Shown here: piece by piece, positions 60,740 through 64,000 of the stretch
Layout: the number at the start of each line of letters is the position of its first letter
How positions within the stretch are numbered: position 1 is the stretch's first letter
NCBI RefSeq assembly: GCF_902713615.1
Contig: NC_052159.1
Span: 4,414,018 to 4,478,017, forward strand
Length of the DNA stretch: 64,000 bases
Direction of reading: 5' to 3'
From: Scyliorhinus canicula
Taxonomy: Eukaryota
Notes under the pieces: generated by a model
What the model saw: the letters and a program-made list of their open reading frames with translations, nothing else
The model's database searches: none
What the model was told of the DNA's origin: nothing
Position numbers and translations under genes: made by a program

Positions 60740-61270
60740 GTGTGGGCGCGCGCTCCCGCCTTCCCGCGCGACCCAGCGCGCCCCCGCCGTCCCGCGCGAC
60801 CCAGCGCGCTCCCGCCTACCCGCGCGACCCAGCGCGCCTCCGCCGTCCCGCGCGACCCAGCGCGCTCCCGCCTTCCTGCGCGCCCCCGCGCGGGGCGGGG
60901 CTCCGACGTCACAAGATGGCGGGCCGGAGCGGGAGTGCCGAGCGGGCCCGGAGAGGGCGGCACGGAGCCCGGCTGCAGACTGCGGGCCAGGCCGGGGACA
61001 GCGGCCTGTGCCAGGGCTGCCTGAGCCGCGCGGCGCCCGAGGCCGGCCTCAGCCTGGGCCTGGCCTGCCCGCTCTGCCGGCGCACCGACAGCAGCCGGCC
61101 CACCACCGCCGCCGCGCCGCTCTGGCAGCCGCGGGGCCGCAGGAAGAAGCAGCAGGGCCGCTGGAGGCAGCGAGAGGAGGCGGCCGAGCAGCGGCTGGAG
61201 GCCGGTGAGCAGCGGGGGGCCGCGGATTCACTCTGCGGGAGGCGGTGGATCCCGGCCTGGAGCGGGCAGG
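60740..61270. promoter_or_regulatory. CpG-island promoter of RNF169
   Basis: CpG-dense, with a GC box GGGGCGGGG near 60892, CRE-like CGACGTCA at 60904, YY1 CAAGATGGCGG over the ATG, and four copies of CCCGCGCGACCCAGCGCG. Confidence 0.85.
60916..61204 (+). CDS. RNF169: Probable RING finger protein 169, exon 1
   Basis: ARRGRHG and LCQGCLSRAAPEAG..ACPLCRR resemble recalled human SRRGRRG and LCRGCAQRAADAAGPGCPRCR. Donor G|GTGAGC. Synteny with LIPT2-POLD3 matches human 11q13.4. Confidence 0.72.
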
Positions 61271-64000
61271 GGGGGATCATAGAATTTACAGTGTTGAAGG
61301 AGGCCATTCAGCCCATCAGGTCTGTACTGGCCCTTGGAACGAGGCCCCTACTTAAACCAACACCTCCACCCTATCCCACTAACCCCATCTAACCGAAGGG
61401 CAATTTATCATGGCCAATCCACCTAACCTGCATATCTTTGGACTGTGGGAGGAAACCGGAGCACCCGGAGGAAACCCACGCAGACACGGGGAGGACGTAC
61501 AGACTCTGCAGTCACCCAAGCCGGGAATCGAAGCTGGGACCCTGACGTTGTAAGGCAGCAGTGCTAACCATTGTGCCACCCAGGAAATTGGGGTATAAGG
61601 CTTGACATCAAGAAGAATGCTCTGATAGTGAACATAAAGGGTGCGGGGTGAGCACGTTGGGGTGACATTAGGGGTGGGTGCTTGGTACAGGCTCATGAAA
61701 GGGGGTGGGGTGGGGGTTAGGTGAGAAGTGACCGGGGGCTGGATGAGAATGAGAGAAATGGACAATCTGGCATGCTTAAAAGGAATGGGGTCAGAGGCAA
61801 AGGATGACGCTGGAGGAGTTTTGAGGGGTGACAGAGAAACGGCATACGACGGGTGAATGAGAGTTTGTACAACCTTGGTAGTGGAGTAGAATTTCTGAAT
61901 GACCAAAACTGTTTGTTCTAAACCTGACTCAAAATCACTTGACATTCAGGCTCCAAAGCTGATTGAGTCACAGACTAGATTTGTTTGTATTTGACTTTCC
62001 TCACACAGGACATGCCCAAGCATGTAACTATCTGTACTTGGGTTGCGTTAAAGTTGGTGTGCAATGCTACAGCACAGGAGGAGACCATTCGGTCCATCAC
62101 AATTCTGCTGGCCCTGTGAAAAAGCTAAACCCCATCCTTTGATCCCACATCTTTCATTCTCACTCCACAGTATAAATATTTACCACTTTGTCTGACAGTT
62201 AGCTTTGACAAAGACTCATCGGACTCGAAACGTTAGCTCTTTTCTCTCCCTATAGATGCTGCCAGACCTGCTGAGATTTTCCAGCATTTTCTCTTTCGCT
62301 TTGATCCCACATCCTCTTAATTTTCGCCACTTCCTTTGAAGGGTCAGTTTAGGTTGTGTTTCTACCACTGATTCTGGTCAAACATTTCCCATCCTAACAA
62401 CAATTTAAAAAAAAAAAAAATCTCAACTACTTCCTTAGTGTTGATTTTAAAACATGCCCCGAAGTTACAGACTCCCCAGCCTGTAGAAATAGCTATTTTT
62501 CTTGCTTTGTCTTAGCAAAATCTATCAAAGGGACGGCACGGTGGTTAGCACTGCTGCCTCACGGCGCCGAGGACCCGGGTTCGATCCCGGCCCCAGGTCA
62601 TTGTCCGTGTGGAGATTGCACATTCTTCCCATGTCTACGTGGGTGTCACCCCCACAACCCAAAAAACATGTGCAGGGCAGGTGAATTGGCCACGCTAAAT
62701 TGCCCTTAATTGGGAAAAAAAGAATTGGATACTCTAAATTTATTTTTTTTAAACTTAGCTAATTCATAATCCCCCCACTTTAACTTGCCCACCTTCTATA
62801 TATACACACATACTCGCACACAAGACAGACAAGAGGAGAGGAGTGCAAATAATAAGTAAAAAGGAAAAAAGAGTATTTGTTTCAGATGGTTTTGTTTAAG
62901 CAGACATTCCCTCAAAGTAAGGTTTCAGATCCTGGTCTCTGCAGCCTGTAATGGTTTCAATGTAGATTCATTCATTCAGGATCTCTGCAGGTTCAGAAAT
63001 ACATCAACTCTCAGCCTTTCTGGAGAGAGAAGAGAGGGAGCAGGTCCTTGTCCCCAAGTGTCCAGGTCTCAACTCTGCTTTCCTTAGCTCTCAGTAAATC
63101 ATCTCACTCGGGCAGGGTCCTATCACCGCCTGTTACTGGCAGAATACGGCCTTTTGGCCAATTGATTGACCATCAGCCAACCAATCAAACTGAGTCCCAC
63201 CCCATTTCTCGGGTGTCACAACGTTCTGTTGTCCAAAGCTAGCAGCACCATATACTATGCTGCAACTCCTCATTCTCTCTGCTGCTAGACTTTTTTTTAA
63301 AAATAAATTTAGATTACCCAATTATTTTTTCCAATTAAGAGGCAATTTAGCGTGTCCAATCCACCTACTCTGCACATTTTTTGGGTTGTGGGGGCGAAAC
63401 CCACGCAGACACAGGGAGAATGTGCAAACTCCACACGGACAGTGACCCAGAGCCGGGATCGAACCTGGGACCTCAGCGCCGTGAGGCGGTTGTGCTAATC
63501 ACTAGGCCACCATGCTGCCCTTCTGCTGCTAGACTTAAACATACATGTCCATTAAGCATCCATGGATCAAATATAATAACGGCAAAAATAAAGAAACAGG
63601 AAATAAGGGAATCAACAGACAGGACTCTTACACGCTGCCCGAAAGGGCAGTGGAAGCAGATTCAATAATAACTTTCAAAAGGGAATTCGATAAATACTTA
63701 AATAAAATGCAGTATAATGGGGAAGGAGCAGAGAGAGTGGGAATAATTTCAAGGAGCTGTTACTGGCATATTGTGCCAAATAGCCACCACCTCTGTTGTC
63801 AGATGCTGTGGTCCTAAAACAGGATCCCACACACTTTCTGTGATTGCCTGACAGACCCTCAGGTAACCCATTAAAGACTGAAATTAAATTAAATGAAAGC
63901 TTCAATAACAAGAAAAACTGGATAAGTTCAGCAGGGCAGGCAACATCTGTGGAAGGGAAGACAGAGTTAATGTTTCGAGTCCAATATCAATATTCCTCAG

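Overview
Vertebrate genomic DNA, most likely from a shark (inferred from dense HE1/V-SINE-like and CR1/HER1-like repeats). It holds three conserved genes. LIPT2 is on the minus strand; its first coding exon is 7174-7636 and the second lies left of the window. POLD3 is on the plus strand, with a complete 12-exon CDS at 14797-51369 (about 510 aa, ending in a PIP box). RNF169 is represented by its probable first exon (plus, 60916-61204). LIPT2 and POLD3 share a head-to-head CpG-island promoter. The main surprise is a separate minus-strand exon between the putative LIPT2 first exon and its coding exon. It has its own splice acceptor, ATG and AATAAA, and encodes a 74-aa OST4-like membrane microprotein, so one promoter and first exon may feed two unrelated proteins. 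Other notable items: a full-length TSD-flanked LINE-1 in the LIPT2 intron; a promoter-like CpG patch inside POLD3 intron 4; mutually complementary purine and pyrimidine satellites flanking POLD3 exons 2-4; an apparently half-deleted RING in RNF169; and no CHRDL2 between POLD3 and RNF169. A 5-kb tandem duplication across a 100-N gap is probably an assembly artefact. Repeat boundaries are approximate and family names are from recall, not database searches.
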